Part shown: positions 38,384 through 48,298 of the stretch, piece after piece | Numbering within the stretch: the stretch's first letter is position 1 | How the letters are laid out: every line of letters starts with the position of its first letter | Source of the DNA: Candidatus Parcubacteria bacterium | GTDB taxonomy: Bacteria; Patescibacteriota; Patescibacteriia; Patescibacteriales; BM507 | DNA length: 64,000 nucleotides | Assembly: GCA_002869265.1 (NCBI GenBank) | Contig: PKTH01000036.1 | Location: forward strand, 50,224-114,223 | Reading direction: 5' to 3' | Position numbers and translations under genes: made by a program | Notes under the pieces: model-generated | Seen by the model: the letters and a program-made list of their open reading frames with translations, nothing else | Databases searched by the model: none | Told to the model about the DNA's origin: nothing

Positions 38384-39295
38384 ATGAGAAAAGAAAATCT
38401 AATTTTAGGAGGGGTATTTTTAGTGTTACTTCTCTTGGCCTTTGTTTTCGAGCCCTTAATGGACTGGAAAAATAGCCTAGGAGGACCTGATAATTTTTTC
38501 GAAGATGTAAATTTCGAAGATGTAACTAAAATCAACATCGAAAAGAACAGTGAAAAAATTTCTCTTGAAAGACAGGGAGATAAATGGAAAATTGGTGGTA
38601 CAAAAGACTTTTTTGTACGTGATACTGATGAAATTTTCGTTTCTTATGTTGAGGAGGCGATTGATGCAGATTTTGAACTAGCGGGTAATAATATTGATAA
38701 AAAGTCAGAATTTGAAACCGATAACAGTGGTGCTCGTGTTTCTTTTGAAGAAGATGGAGAACTTATTGTTGATTTTATTGTAGGAAAAATGACAAGCGAC
38801 TTTTCTGGGTCATATGTTTCATTGCCAGATTCAAGTGAGACCTATAAGGTGGCTGCTAACTTGAGTTACGCTTTTAATAAAGATGTAAATACCTGGTATG
38901 ATCTTATGATTTTCTCAGATGATGCGGAGAATGTAAATAAAATAAGATTTCAATACCCAAATAGTGAATTTACTGTAGAAAAAATTGATGATGTCTGGTC
39001 GGGAACTCTTCCTTATTCATTTAGTGTTAGTGAAGAAAAAATTCAAAGTATTTTAGAAATTATGACTTCATTAAATGCCAGCAACATCCCAGCACAAACA
39101 TTCGAGGGGACCGGATTAGAAAAACATTTAATCATTATTGAAGCGAGTGGTGATGAAGTTCAGAATGTTTTGATGATTGGAGATGCAAACGAAAATGGAG
39201 AATTCTTTACTAAAAAAGGCAACAGCGACAATATATATTTGATTAGCCCGGAAACCAAGGAAACGCTTGATACAAGAATAAGATATCTAAGATAA
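38384..39295 (+). CDS. DUF4340-like protein associated with the GldA/F/G-like exporter
   Basis: N-terminal TM, about 300 aa, in the conserved position after the GldG-like gene. Confidence 0.5.
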   Translation: MRKENLILGGVFLVLLLLAFVFEPLMDWKNSLGGPDNFFEDVNFEDVTKINIEKNSEKISLERQGDKWKIGGTKDFFVRDTDEIFVSYVEEAIDADFELAGNNIDKKSEFETDNSGARVSFEEDGELIVDFIVGKMTSDFSGSYVSLPDSSETYKVAANLSYAFNKDVNTWYDLMIFSDDAENVNKIRFQYPNSEFTVEKIDDVWSGTLPYSFSVSEEKIQSILEIMTSLNASNIPAQTFEGTGLEKHLIIIEASGDEVQNVLMIGDANENGEFFTKKGNSDNIYLISPETKETLDTRIRYLR

Positions 39296-39317
39296 CAACA
39301 AACCCCAGGAGGATGAA

Positions 39318-39545
39318 ATGGAAAAGTTTATATTGTATTATTCAGAGCTCTTTAAGATTGACTATTTTCTTACTCGGAATTTGATATTTTTACTATTCGT
39401 TGTTTTTGCTCTTTTCTTGTTATATATTTTCTTGCTAATTTTTGATTGGAGATTTATGAAACGCTTAAAGAAAGCTCAAGAGAAAAGAAGTAAAGAAAAC
39501 GTTAAAGAGGCTGTAATGAGGGTATCGAGTGGTGATTCATGCTAA
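39318..39545 (+). CDS. Small membrane protein (75 aa)
   Basis: Strong SD AGGAGG 5 nt upstream, two hydrophobic helices, and a terminator downstream. Confidence 0.45.
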   Translation: MEKFILYYSELFKIDYFLTRNLIFLLFVVFALFLLYIFLLIFDWRFMKRLKKAQEKRSKENVKEAVMRVSSGDSC

Positions 39546-39548
39546 GCT

Positions 39549-39581
39549 TAATGAGCAGATTTAAAATCTGCTCATTTTTTT
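39549..39581 (+). terminator. Rho-independent terminator
   Basis: tgagcagatt-taa-aatctgctca followed by TTTTTTT. Confidence 0.8.
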
Positions 39582-39632
39582 ATAATTTTAATGTATATTG
39601 TGGTATAATATTATAAATAATCATTCAAAAAC

Positions 39633-40625
39633 ATGAATAACTTAAAAATTATTACTATTGGTGGGAGCACAGAGGATATTTCGGTTTTTACAGAGGAGGG
39701 AGTATTAATTGACAACAAAGAGGATATTTTAAGACAGAATCTTTTAGCGTTCGAGTTTGGAGCTAAGGTTAAGGTAAACAAATCGAAATCTAGCTTTGGA
39801 GGAGGCGCCGCCAATGCCGCAGCTTGTCTGTCCTCCCTTGGTTTTAATGTGTCGATCTTAACAGCAGTTGGGAGTGATGACAGGGGAGTACGTATAGTTA
39901 AAAACCTTAAGGACTTTGGGGTTAAGTCTAAATTAATTAAAAAAATTCCTGGTGAAAGTAGTTTTTCTTTTATTTTGGTTGGACCAGAAAATGAACATAT
40001 TGTTTTTTCTGATAGGGCAGCAAATAATCATTTGAGAATAGAGGATAATGACCTGAGATTAATTAGTTCAGCTTCCTGGCTCTATGTCTCGTCACTTTCA
40101 GGATCTTGGCAAGACGTTTTAAATAAAATATCTTCGACCAATAAAGCAAAAATAGTTTGGAACCCCGGGGGAGTTCAGCTTAAGGCAGGAATAAAAGTTT
40201 TGAAAAAATATTTAGAGAGAACCTATGTTTTGAGCCTGAATAAGGATGAGGCAATCGAGTTAGTTTTATCTAACGAATATTATAGAGGAAAAGATCATAA
40301 ATTTTTGAATAATACAAAAAATCTCTTACATGTATTAAAAGAATGGGGCCCTCAAATAGTTGTTATTACAAAAGGGCAAAATGGAGCAGAAGTGTATGAC
40401 GGAACTAATTATTATTCCGAAAAGGCCATAAAAGCAAAAAGAACAAGCGACACAACAGGCGTTGGAGATGCCTTTGCATCAACCTTTCTCGCTGGATTGG
40501 TTTTATATAAAGATGATATTAAAAAGGCCCTGAAATTAGCTATGTATAATGCTGCTTCAGTTATTGAAATGGAGGGAGCCCAACGAGGCTATTTAACTAA
40601 GAAGAAAATTCCTAAAAATTTATGA
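39633..40625 (+). CDS. PfkB-family carbohydrate/nucleoside kinase (ribokinase-like)
   Basis: GGGAANAA and DTTGVGDAFASTFLAG (anion hole and catalytic Asp motif). Confidence 0.85.
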   Translation: MNNLKIITIGGSTEDISVFTEEGVLIDNKEDILRQNLLAFEFGAKVKVNKSKSSFGGGAANAAACLSSLGFNVSILTAVGSDDRGVRIVKNLKDFGVKSKLIKKIPGESSFSFILVGPENEHIVFSDRAANNHLRIEDNDLRLISSASWLYVSSLSGSWQDVLNKISSTNKAKIVWNPGGVQLKAGIKVLKKYLERTYVLSLNKDEAIELVLSNEYYRGKDHKFLNNTKNLLHVLKEWGPQIVVITKGQNGAEVYDGTNYYSEKAIKAKRTSDTTGVGDAFASTFLAGLVLYKDDIKKALKLAMYNAASVIEMEGAQRGYLTKKKIPKNL

Positions 40626-40951
40626 AAGCACTGATGTTATTATTTAAAACAGGACTTTTTCTTATTTTTTATCTATCCTTAGTTTTTGGATTGTTCTTTT
40701 TGGGGAATATGAAAGTAGTGCCTTGTGAAGTTAGTTGCGAAGGCGGTCACAGTATTAGTGTTGATGGGCTTTGTTCTCTATACAATCCCAACATAAATCC
40801 ATTTTGCCACATCGAGTCTACTTTTGTAGATCATTCCAGTGGTACTTATTTGTTTATTTGGGTAATTTTTATAACTATATTCCCATTTTATTTAAGCAGA
40901 AAAATCGTTCCGGTTATTTATTATAAAATTACAAAAAGAAAATTTAATTAA
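40622..40951 (+). CDS. Hypothetical membrane protein (109 aa)
   Basis: Two TM helices flanking a Cys-containing loop. Its start overlaps the PfkB stop. Confidence 0.45.
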   Translation: MKALMLLFKTGLFLIFYLSLVFGLFFLGNMKVVPCEVSCEGGHSISVDGLCSLYNPNINPFCHIESTFVDHSSGTYLFIWVIFITIFPFYLSRKIVPVIYYKITKRKFN

Positions 40952-40954
40952 TTT

Positions 40955-41536
40955 ATGAAAAATTTCAAAATAAGAGTTGAGGTTTCAGCTAGACACTGCC
41001 ACCTTAATGAAAAAGATTTTAAAAAACTTTTTGGGGCAAAAGCAAAATTGACCCCTATTAAAAAGTTAACTCAAGTAGGTGAGTTCGCCTCAAAAGAGAC
41101 TATTGCCCTTAAAACAAAAAAAGGAGAAATTTCTAGGGTTCGCATAATTGGTCCACTTCGAGACTATAGCCAGGTTGAGCTTTCTGGAACAGATTCTTTT
41201 AGATTAGGGCTAACACCCCCAGTAAGAATGAGTGGCGATCTTAAGTCTAGTGCTCCTGTTACGATAATTGGTCCAAAGGGAAAAGTTAATAAAAGAGATG
41301 TAGTCATAATTGCAAATAGACATATTCACGCAAATCCAGAGCAAGCAAAGAAATTGGGCTTAAAAAATAAACAGATTGTTAGTGCTGAGATTTTGGGAGA
41401 CAGGGCCCTAGTCTTTAAGAAAGTAAAAGTTAAGATTCATGAGAAATATGATTTAAGCATGCATATTGATACAGACGAGGCTAATGCCTGTGGTCTAGAC
41501 ATGAAGAAAGCATTTGCAAAGATTATAAAAAACTAG
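40955..41536 (+). CDS. pduL: Phosphate acyltransferase PduL (phosphate propanoyl/acetyltransferase)
   Basis: Two PduL repeats, each with an R-H-x-H motif (VSARHCHL and ANRHIHA). Confidence 0.8.
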   Translation: MKNFKIRVEVSARHCHLNEKDFKKLFGAKAKLTPIKKLTQVGEFASKETIALKTKKGEISRVRIIGPLRDYSQVELSGTDSFRLGLTPPVRMSGDLKSSAPVTIIGPKGKVNKRDVVIIANRHIHANPEQAKKLGLKNKQIVSAEILGDRALVFKKVKVKIHEKYDLSMHIDTDEANACGLDMKKAFAKIIKN

Positions 41537-41538
41537 AT

Positions 41539-42588
41539 ATGCCAAAAAACATTCTAACAATAAACACAGGTTCTACATCACTTAAATACTCACTTTTTGA
41601 TGAAAATGAGAAGGAGATACAAAGTGGTGTCTTTAGGGATGTGGTTAGTCATAGTGATGTGATTAAAAAGCTTTTAAGGCAACTTAAAAATGTTTCAGAT
41701 ATTTATGCTATTGGGCATAGAATTGTTCATGGTGGAGAACATTTTGTGGAGTCAGTAGCCCTGGATACAGAGTCGATTGATAAATTAAAATCGTTAAATG
41801 ATATTGCCCCATTGCATAATCCATATAATTTATTAGGAGTAAAAATATTTTCTGAATTTCTACCAAATACTCAGCAGGTTGCAGTTTTTGACACGGCCTT
41901 TTTTGCCGACCTACCTGATAGGGCAAAACTTTATGCTATACCCAATGAACTCTCAGAAAAATACAAAATCAAAAAATACGGTTTTCATGGAATATCTCAT
42001 AAGTACTTAACCCAAAGAGTATCTGAAAAACTGGGCAAGCCGGAAAATAAAATAAACCTTATAACCTGTCATCTTGGTGGTGGATGGTCTATTAGCGCGA
42101 TAAAAGGAGGAAAGCCTATAGATACCTCAATGGGATTCACCCCCATAGAGGGCTTAATGATGATGACCAGAGCTGGAGATCTTGGTTCAGGGGTGGTCTT
42201 TGAGCTTTTGCGAGAGGGCCTTGGCACGAGTAGCGATGTAGAGAGGCTTTACGATATTTTGAACAAAGAATCTGGGATTAAAGCAATCTCAGGAGGAATT
42301 GATGACTATCAAACATTATTAAGAGAATTAAATCTTGGTAATACCAAAGCGAAGTTAGCTTTTGATATGGCTATTTATAGAGTATCGAAATATATAGGAG
42401 CGTATTATGTAGCTCTGGCCGGAAAAGTTGATGCTATAGTTTTTTCTGGAAGTATTGGTTCAGGTAATCCTGTAACAAGAAATGAAATACTAAAAAATAT
42501 AAAAGTTTTAGGGAAACTAAAAACATTTGCCATAGAAACAAATGAGGGGCTTTTAATAGCAAGAGAAACTAAGAAAATAGTAAATTAA
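41539..42588 (+). CDS. ackA: Acetate/propionate kinase (short form)
   Basis: INTGSTSLKYSLF, HRIVHGG, HLGGG and the ASKHP fold. At 349 aa it is shorter than canonical AckA. Confidence 0.8.
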   Translation: MPKNILTINTGSTSLKYSLFDENEKEIQSGVFRDVVSHSDVIKKLLRQLKNVSDIYAIGHRIVHGGEHFVESVALDTESIDKLKSLNDIAPLHNPYNLLGVKIFSEFLPNTQQVAVFDTAFFADLPDRAKLYAIPNELSEKYKIKKYGFHGISHKYLTQRVSEKLGKPENKINLITCHLGGGWSISAIKGGKPIDTSMGFTPIEGLMMMTRAGDLGSGVVFELLREGLGTSSDVERLYDILNKESGIKAISGGIDDYQTLLRELNLGNTKAKLAFDMAIYRVSKYIGAYYVALAGKVDAIVFSGSIGSGNPVTRNEILKNIKVLGKLKTFAIETNEGLLIARETKKIVN

Positions 42589-44210
42589 TGATCAGGAAAC
42601 TGCTTTGTAAAATTGATAGTATAAGCATTGCAGCGCTAATGGTAGCGCTCTCTTCTTTGTTAAGTAGATTTTTGGGTATATTCAGAGATCGTATTTTAGG
42701 ATCTGAGTTTGGTTTGGGTGATACATTAGATATTTATTTTGCTGCCTTTAGAGTACCAGACCTTATTTTTAATTTAATTGTTTTGGGCGCTCTGTCCGCG
42801 GGATTTATCCCTGTTTTCTCTCAACTCCTTAAAAAGACAAGTGCTAAATTAAACCACCAAAAAGAAGCCTGGGAGGTCGCAAATATTATTCTAAGCATTT
42901 TAGGACTTTCCTTAATACTTTTGTCCGGTTTTGGTATATTGTTTGCTCCATTTTTAACAAAATTAATTGCTCCAGGTTTTGACCCAGAAAAAATGAGGAT
43001 AACGGCAAATGTGACAAGAATCATGTTTCTTTCACCGATCTTTTTAGGAATTTCAAGTATTTTAGGCGGTGTTCTTCAGTCTTTTAAAAGATTTTTTATA
43101 TATTCATTAGCTCCGATAGTATACAATGTTGGTATTATCTTTGGAGCTCTTTTTTTGGCCCCTGTCTGGGGAGTCTACGGGCTTGCTTATGGCGTGGTTC
43201 TTGGAGCATTCTTTCACATGTTCATACAGGTGCCAACTGTTTATAATTTGGGACTTAGATTTCGATTGAGTTTTAACTTTAAAGATAAAAACGTTCTAAA
43301 GATTGCAACCATGATGTTGCCCAGAACATTAAGTCTGGCTGTTGGTCAGTTTAATCTTTTAGTTATTACAGTTATCGCCTCAACCATGAACAGTGGGTCT
43401 TTGTCTGTTTTTAATTATGCCAATAACTTACAAACTTTTCCTGTTGGAATATTTGGAATATCTTTTGCTATAGCGGCCTTTCCAACGCTTTCCGCTATTG
43501 CCTTCGATAAGAAAAAGCTTGTTTCAAGTTTTTCATCGACCTTCAGAAAGATTTTATTTTTTGTGGTACCCTCGACTATTCTTTTGTTAACCTTGAGAGC
43601 TCAAATTGTTAGAGTTGTTTTTGGTGCTGGTAGCTTTGATTGGCAGGACACACTTTTGACAATGGAGACTTTGAAATATTTTGTTATCTCTCTTTTTGCT
43701 CAAGCAACAATCCCTCTTTTAGTAAGGGTCTTTTATGCTAGACATAATTCCAGTACACCATTTTTTGTGGGCTTGGTTTCTGCTATAATTAACGTCTTTT
43801 TGTCTTTTTATCTAGGGAAAAGAATGGGGGTGGCTGGTCTAGCTTTGGCTTTCTCTATATCAAATATTATTAATTTTGTCTTACTTTGGATTATTCTAAA
43901 ATTAGAAATCGGGTATATGAATGAAATGAGGATTCTAATATCAACCATAAAGTTCTCAATATCAGCCATAGCAGCCGGGCTTACTGTCCAGGGAGCAAAG
44001 CTGATAGTATGGCCATATATAGATATGACAACAACTTTAGGAGTTTTTATTCAAGGCTTTTTTGCAGGCATTTCTGGTCTAACAGTATATATTGCCTACT
44101 CAGCTCTTCTAAAAAGTGAAGAGCTCTTCGATTTTTGGTCTTCTATAAAACGTCGTTTTCATGGTAAAAAGATTGACACCGGTGACCGGGGAGAAGCTAG
44201 AGGGATTTAA
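42588..44210 (+). CDS. murJ: Lipid II flippase MurJ
   Basis: MurJ N-terminal motifs (LSRFLGIFRDRILGSEFGLGDTLDIYFAAFRVPDL) and 14 TM helices. Confidence 0.9.
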   Translation: MIRKLLCKIDSISIAALMVALSSLLSRFLGIFRDRILGSEFGLGDTLDIYFAAFRVPDLIFNLIVLGALSAGFIPVFSQLLKKTSAKLNHQKEAWEVANIILSILGLSLILLSGFGILFAPFLTKLIAPGFDPEKMRITANVTRIMFLSPIFLGISSILGGVLQSFKRFFIYSLAPIVYNVGIIFGALFLAPVWGVYGLAYGVVLGAFFHMFIQVPTVYNLGLRFRLSFNFKDKNVLKIATMMLPRTLSLAVGQFNLLVITVIASTMNSGSLSVFNYANNLQTFPVGIFGISFAIAAFPTLSAIAFDKKKLVSSFSSTFRKILFFVVPSTILLLTLRAQIVRVVFGAGSFDWQDTLLTMETLKYFVISLFAQATIPLLVRVFYARHNSSTPFFVGLVSAIINVFLSFYLGKRMGVAGLALAFSISNIINFVLLWIILKLEIGYMNEMRILISTIKFSISAIAAGLTVQGAKLIVWPYIDMTTTLGVFIQGFFAGISGLTVYIAYSALLKSEELFDFWSSIKRRFHGKKIDTGDRGEARGI

Positions 44211-44278
44211 TTTACTAGGGCAGTATAAGGACAATGATTAAATTATTTAAAAAGACCATAATTAGAAATATCTTTAAG

Positions 44279-44303
44279 GTGCCCAATAATAATTGGGTTT
44301 TTT
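44279..44303 (+). terminator. Candidate rho-independent terminator
   Basis: cccaat-aata-attggg followed by TTTTTT. Confidence 0.5.
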
Positions 44304-44306
44304 ATT

Positions 44307-44933
44307 ATGAGAAAAAAGCTTAGCATACAATCTATTTTTCTTAATCTAATTATTTTATTTTTATTTATAGTAATAATTGTTTTGTTGTATAGATTTTTTG
44401 AATTAAAAAATACATACAACAATATTCTAAATACTAGAATCATCAAACAAGAACAATTTTCCTATAAATACTATATTCACCCCGGTTATTCTCCATATAA
44501 GATTGTAATAGGTGATGTTATTGGCATAGATAAGCCTTCTTACAATTTTGTTGAAGAGCAGGGCAGGGATTCGCCTGAGTCGGCTTTGTTTATTCCAGGA
44601 ATAAACAAAAATTACGACATAATTACAAAAGAAAACTTCCTAGATCTTGCGACAAATGAAAACAATATATTAATTTCAGATAATTTTTGTTCAGATGCTT
44701 GGCAGAAAGAAGCGGGGCTCGAAATCTATCAAGCCGGCAATATAAGCAGAGGACCATTTTGTGGAAGTGAAAAGGAGGTCGTCTTAATTGATAAACTTAT
44801 TAAGCAATATAATCCTGAAAAAATTGATATATATTATTCAAATGATGTTTACCGAGAACTACTTGGTGGATTTTTAGTTTATTTAGACGATCTGGGATTT
44901 AATTATGAATTAATTAAAGTAGATGAAAAATAA
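44307..44933 (+). CDS. Hypothetical protein with an N-terminal TM/signal anchor (208 aa)
   Basis: Hydrophobic N-terminus LNLIILFLFIVIIVLLY. Its stop overlaps the downstream peptidase gene. Confidence 0.5.
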   Translation: MRKKLSIQSIFLNLIILFLFIVIIVLLYRFFELKNTYNNILNTRIIKQEQFSYKYYIHPGYSPYKIVIGDVIGIDKPSYNFVEEQGRDSPESALFIPGINKNYDIITKENFLDLATNENNILISDNFCSDAWQKEAGLEIYQAGNISRGPFCGSEKEVVLIDKLIKQYNPEKIDIYYSNDVYRELLGGFLVYLDDLGFNYELIKVDEK

Positions 44934-45297
44934 ACATAAAATAAAAATAATAATATTTGAATTTATTCTTATTGTGATATTATTGGTCCCGGTTTATCTT
45001 AATTCTTATTCTTTTTTCTTTTTGATAGTATCCGATTCGATGAATCCGCTTATTGTCAAGAATGATATAGTAATCGTGAAAAACAAAAATATAGAGCTAG
45101 AAGATTATTCAGACAAAATAATAGCATTTTTCAATCCCCTAGAGTCAAAAGTGTTTGTTCACAGGGTAGTTAGAGTTGATGGTGAATATTTGATAACCAA
45201 AGGGGATAGTTCTAGCTTTAGTGATGATTATTTGGTTTCAGAGGAATATGTAATTGGCGAGATTATAAAAGTATTTAAAACTTCTAAAATATTTTAG
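44923..45297 (+). CDS. S26-family signal peptidase I, SipW/archaeal-type (Ser-His dyad)
   Basis: N-terminal TM, box B SDSMNP, box D VHRVV and box E KGD. Confidence 0.6.
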   Translation: MKNKHKIKIIIFEFILIVILLVPVYLNSYSFFFLIVSDSMNPLIVKNDIVIVKNKNIELEDYSDKIIAFFNPLESKVFVHRVVRVDGEYLITKGDSSSFSDDYLVSEEYVIGEIIKVFKTSKIF

Positions 45298-45397
45298 CTA
45301 ATATTAGTTTTAATATTGACAAAAAGATCTATTGGTGTTAATCTTTTCTGAGTGAAAATAAATCGATCTTTAATAATATAAAAAGGGGGAAACAGTT

Positions 45398-46186
45398 ATG
45401 AAGGATGATTTGAGAGATATGACTTTTAAGGAGAAGCTTCTTTTAAGTACAGACAAGATGTTCGAAGCAATAGAGAAGCTTTTGGAAATCGTAGAGGCGA
45501 ATGGTGGAGATGCGCTTGAAGTACTTCAAAGGTCCTCTGAACTAGAGATTGAAAATAAAAGTCTCAAGAAGGATTTGTCTAGAGCAGAGGTTTTAGCAAA
45601 AGAACGTGAGGATGAGATTGATCGCTTAAGCGATGAGCTTTACAAAGCTAAACTCCAATTAAGCGAGACAGTTGAATCCGCCCCTCAGGAAGCACTCGAG
45701 AATTCACAAATTGCCGAGGAAAAAAGTGAGACAGAGGAGAATTCCGAAAAGCCAGAGGAAGAGGTGGATCAAGTCAGTAAAGCAGAAGACTGTCCTCAAA
45801 ATGAGGAGAGGCCCAAGAAAAGGAAAATCGGTTTTAATTCTTGGGGTATCCCACTGGATCTATTAGAGAATTCTAAGTTTTCATTAAAAAAGCTTCAAAA
45901 GAAAAGAAGAAGCAAGTCAGAATTGACAAGCTTGTTTAAAGAACATGTTTTCGAGATAGTGTATCAAGATTATGAATATGGGGAAGATGAGGATTTAATT
46001 GTTGAATTCCTTGATCTAAAACCTGAGGACAGGGATAAAGTAATGGAAGAAAGAGTTTTTTCCAGAGTTTTAAATACTGGCGGAAGCCCTGTTTTGGCTG
46101 GCCTCACAAAGATTCTTGAAGAAAAAATACCACAAGAAAATCGCTACAAAAATCTGATTCGTAAATTTGGAGAGTTGATATCTTAA
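45398..46186 (+). CDS. Hypothetical acidic coiled-coil protein (262 aa)
   Basis: SD AAGGGGGA upstream, and a terminator downstream. Confidence 0.55.
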   Translation: MKDDLRDMTFKEKLLLSTDKMFEAIEKLLEIVEANGGDALEVLQRSSELEIENKSLKKDLSRAEVLAKEREDEIDRLSDELYKAKLQLSETVESAPQEALENSQIAEEKSETEENSEKPEEEVDQVSKAEDCPQNEERPKKRKIGFNSWGIPLDLLENSKFSLKKLQKKRRSKSELTSLFKEHVFEIVYQDYEYGEDEDLIVEFLDLKPEDRDKVMEERVFSRVLNTGGSPVLAGLTKILEEKIPQENRYKNLIRKFGELIS

Positions 46187-46189
46187 AAC

Positions 46190-46220
46190 AGAAGCCGTTA
46201 TTGAAATAACGGCTTTTTTC
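46190..46220 (+). terminator. Rho-independent terminator
   Basis: aagccgttatt-gaaa-taacggctt followed by TTTTT. Confidence 0.8.
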
Positions 46221-46301
46221 TTGCATTTTTATTGTTTTGAAGGTAAAATAAAAAAGATTAAGTGACATTAGGCTTGCTAAAACAAGCCATTTTTTGATTA
46301 T

Positions 46302-48092
46302 ATGAAGGATAAAATTAGAAATTTTTGTATTATTGCCCATATTGACCACGGAAAGTCTACTCTCGCAGACAGAATGCTTGAATTGACAGACACGGTAGAG
46401 AAAAGAAAGATGCAGAATCAGATTTTGGATGGGATGGACATAGAGCGAGAAAGAGGCATTACAATAAAACTACAGCCTGTAAAAATGTCTTATAAAGGTT
46501 ATGATTTGAATTTAATAGACACTCCAGGTCATGTTGATTTTTCATACGAAGTATCTAGATCCTTAGCAGCAGTTGAGGGAGCAATTCTTCTGGTTGATTC
46601 AACTCAGGGGATTCAAGCTCAAACTCTTGCTAATCTATATTTAGCGATTGAGCAGGATCTGAAGATAATTCCAGCAATAAATAAAATAGACTTGCCGGCA
46701 GCTGATATTGAGAAGACGAAAAATGAAATAATAAATTTGTTAGGTTGTGATGAGTCAGAGATTATTAGTGCCTCTGGTAAAACTGGTGCCGGAGTCGAGG
46801 AAATATTAGATAGAGTGGTTGATACGGTTGAATCTCCACGAGGCAATGAGGATAAGCCTGCCAGGGCTTTGATTTTTGATTCAAATTATGATGAGTATAG
46901 AGGGGTGGTAGCTTTTGTTAGAGTAGTTGATGGTTCTATAAAAAAGGGAGAAAAGATTAAATTAATGGCCACGGGAGCAGAAAGCGATGCAATCGATGTT
47001 GGATTTTTTAAGCCGAAATATGTATCTTCAGGGGAGCTAAAAACAGGGGATATCGGCTACATTGTTACGGGCTTTAAGGGGGTAGCTGAGTGTAAAGTAG
47101 GAGATACAATTTCTTTGCAAAAAAGTGTTCAAAACAATGAAGTAGTAGCACTAAAGGGCTATTCTGATGTAAAACCAATGGTTTTTGCTGGAGTCTATCC
47201 TCAGGAGGGTAATGATTATGCAGCTCTACGAGAAGCGATAGGGAAGTTAAAACTAAATGACTCAGCTCTTTCTTATGAACCAGAACAATCCAATGCTCTT
47301 GGTTTTGGTTTTCGTTGTGGTTTTTTAGGGATCCTTCATTTAGAGATTTTTCAAGAGCGCTTACGTCGTGAACACAATATAGAATTGATAGTAACTCTGC
47401 CAAGTGTGGCCTATAAAATTCATAAAAGCAATGGGGAGGAAGAGGTAATCCGGACTCCGCAGAAATTACCAGAGAGAACCAATATTGAATCCATTGAAGA
47501 ACCTTGGGTAAAACTAGACATAATAGTTCCGAAGGAGTTTATTGGAGCTGTGATGAATTTAACTCAGGAAAAAAGGGGGATATATAAAACAACTGAATAT
47601 ATTGATGATTCCAGAGCGGTCGTTCATTATGATATCCCGATGGCAGCTATTTTGACAGATTATTATGATAAACTAAAAAGTGTCAGCTCTGGTTATGCTT
47701 CAATTAATTACGAATACCTTGGCTTCAAGGATGCAGACGTGGTCAAGATGGATATATTGGTGGCAGAAGAAAAAGTAGAAGCTCTAGCTACCATTGTTTA
47801 TGATGACGAGGCTTTTTTGAGAGGGAAAGAGGTTGTCCGAATTTTAAAAGAGAGTTTACCGAGGCAGATGTTTGCAGTTAAATTACAAGCAGCAGTTGGT
47901 TCAAAGGTTGTAGCTGCCGAAAGGTTGAGCGCTATGAAAAAAGATGTGACAGCAAAACTGTATGGTGGAGATGTAAGTAGAAAAAGAAAATTATTAGAAA
48001 AGCAGAAAAAAGGTAAAAAGAAAATGGCTGAAATGGGTCGTGGGAAGGTTGATATTCCGGCTGACACCTTTGTAAAATTACTTAAAAAATAA
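46302..48092 (+). CDS. lepA: Elongation factor 4 (LepA)
   Basis: G-domain AHIDHGKST, DTPGH and NKID, plus the LepA-specific C-terminus. Confidence 0.95.
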   Translation: MKDKIRNFCIIAHIDHGKSTLADRMLELTDTVEKRKMQNQILDGMDIERERGITIKLQPVKMSYKGYDLNLIDTPGHVDFSYEVSRSLAAVEGAILLVDSTQGIQAQTLANLYLAIEQDLKIIPAINKIDLPAADIEKTKNEIINLLGCDESEIISASGKTGAGVEEILDRVVDTVESPRGNEDKPARALIFDSNYDEYRGVVAFVRVVDGSIKKGEKIKLMATGAESDAIDVGFFKPKYVSSGELKTGDIGYIVTGFKGVAECKVGDTISLQKSVQNNEVVALKGYSDVKPMVFAGVYPQEGNDYAALREAIGKLKLNDSALSYEPEQSNALGFGFRCGFLGILHLEIFQERLRREHNIELIVTLPSVAYKIHKSNGEEEVIRTPQKLPERTNIESIEEPWVKLDIIVPKEFIGAVMNLTQEKRGIYKTTEYIDDSRAVVHYDIPMAAILTDYYDKLKSVSSGYASINYEYLGFKDADVVKMDILVAEEKVEALATIVYDDEAFLRGKEVVRILKESLPRQMFAVKLQAAVGSKVVAAERLSAMKKDVTAKLYGGDVSRKRKLLEKQKKGKKKMAEMGRGKVDIPADTFVKLLKK

Positions 48093-48102
48093 ATTACATA
48101 CT

Positions 48103-48213
48103 ATGGCTAAAAAAAGAAAAAAAATTGTTAAAATTGTTTGGGCAATCTTGAGTATTATGATTATATTCTCAATGGTTGCTTGGTCAGCAAGCATAGCATT
48201 TGTTTCTTTTTAA
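48103..48213 (+). CDS. Possible 36-aa small membrane protein
   Basis: MAKKRKKIVKIVWAILSIMIIFSMVAWSASIAFVSF; a Lys-rich N-terminus followed by one TM helix. Not in the ORF track. Confidence 0.3.
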   Translation: MAKKRKKIVKIVWAILSIMIIFSMVAWSASIAFVSF

Positions 48214-48298
48214 CCTCCTAATTCAAATAGAGATACTGCTTACAAGCTAGTATTGTTTTGCTTATAAAAATATAAGTAAAAGTTTGAAAATAAAAAAT

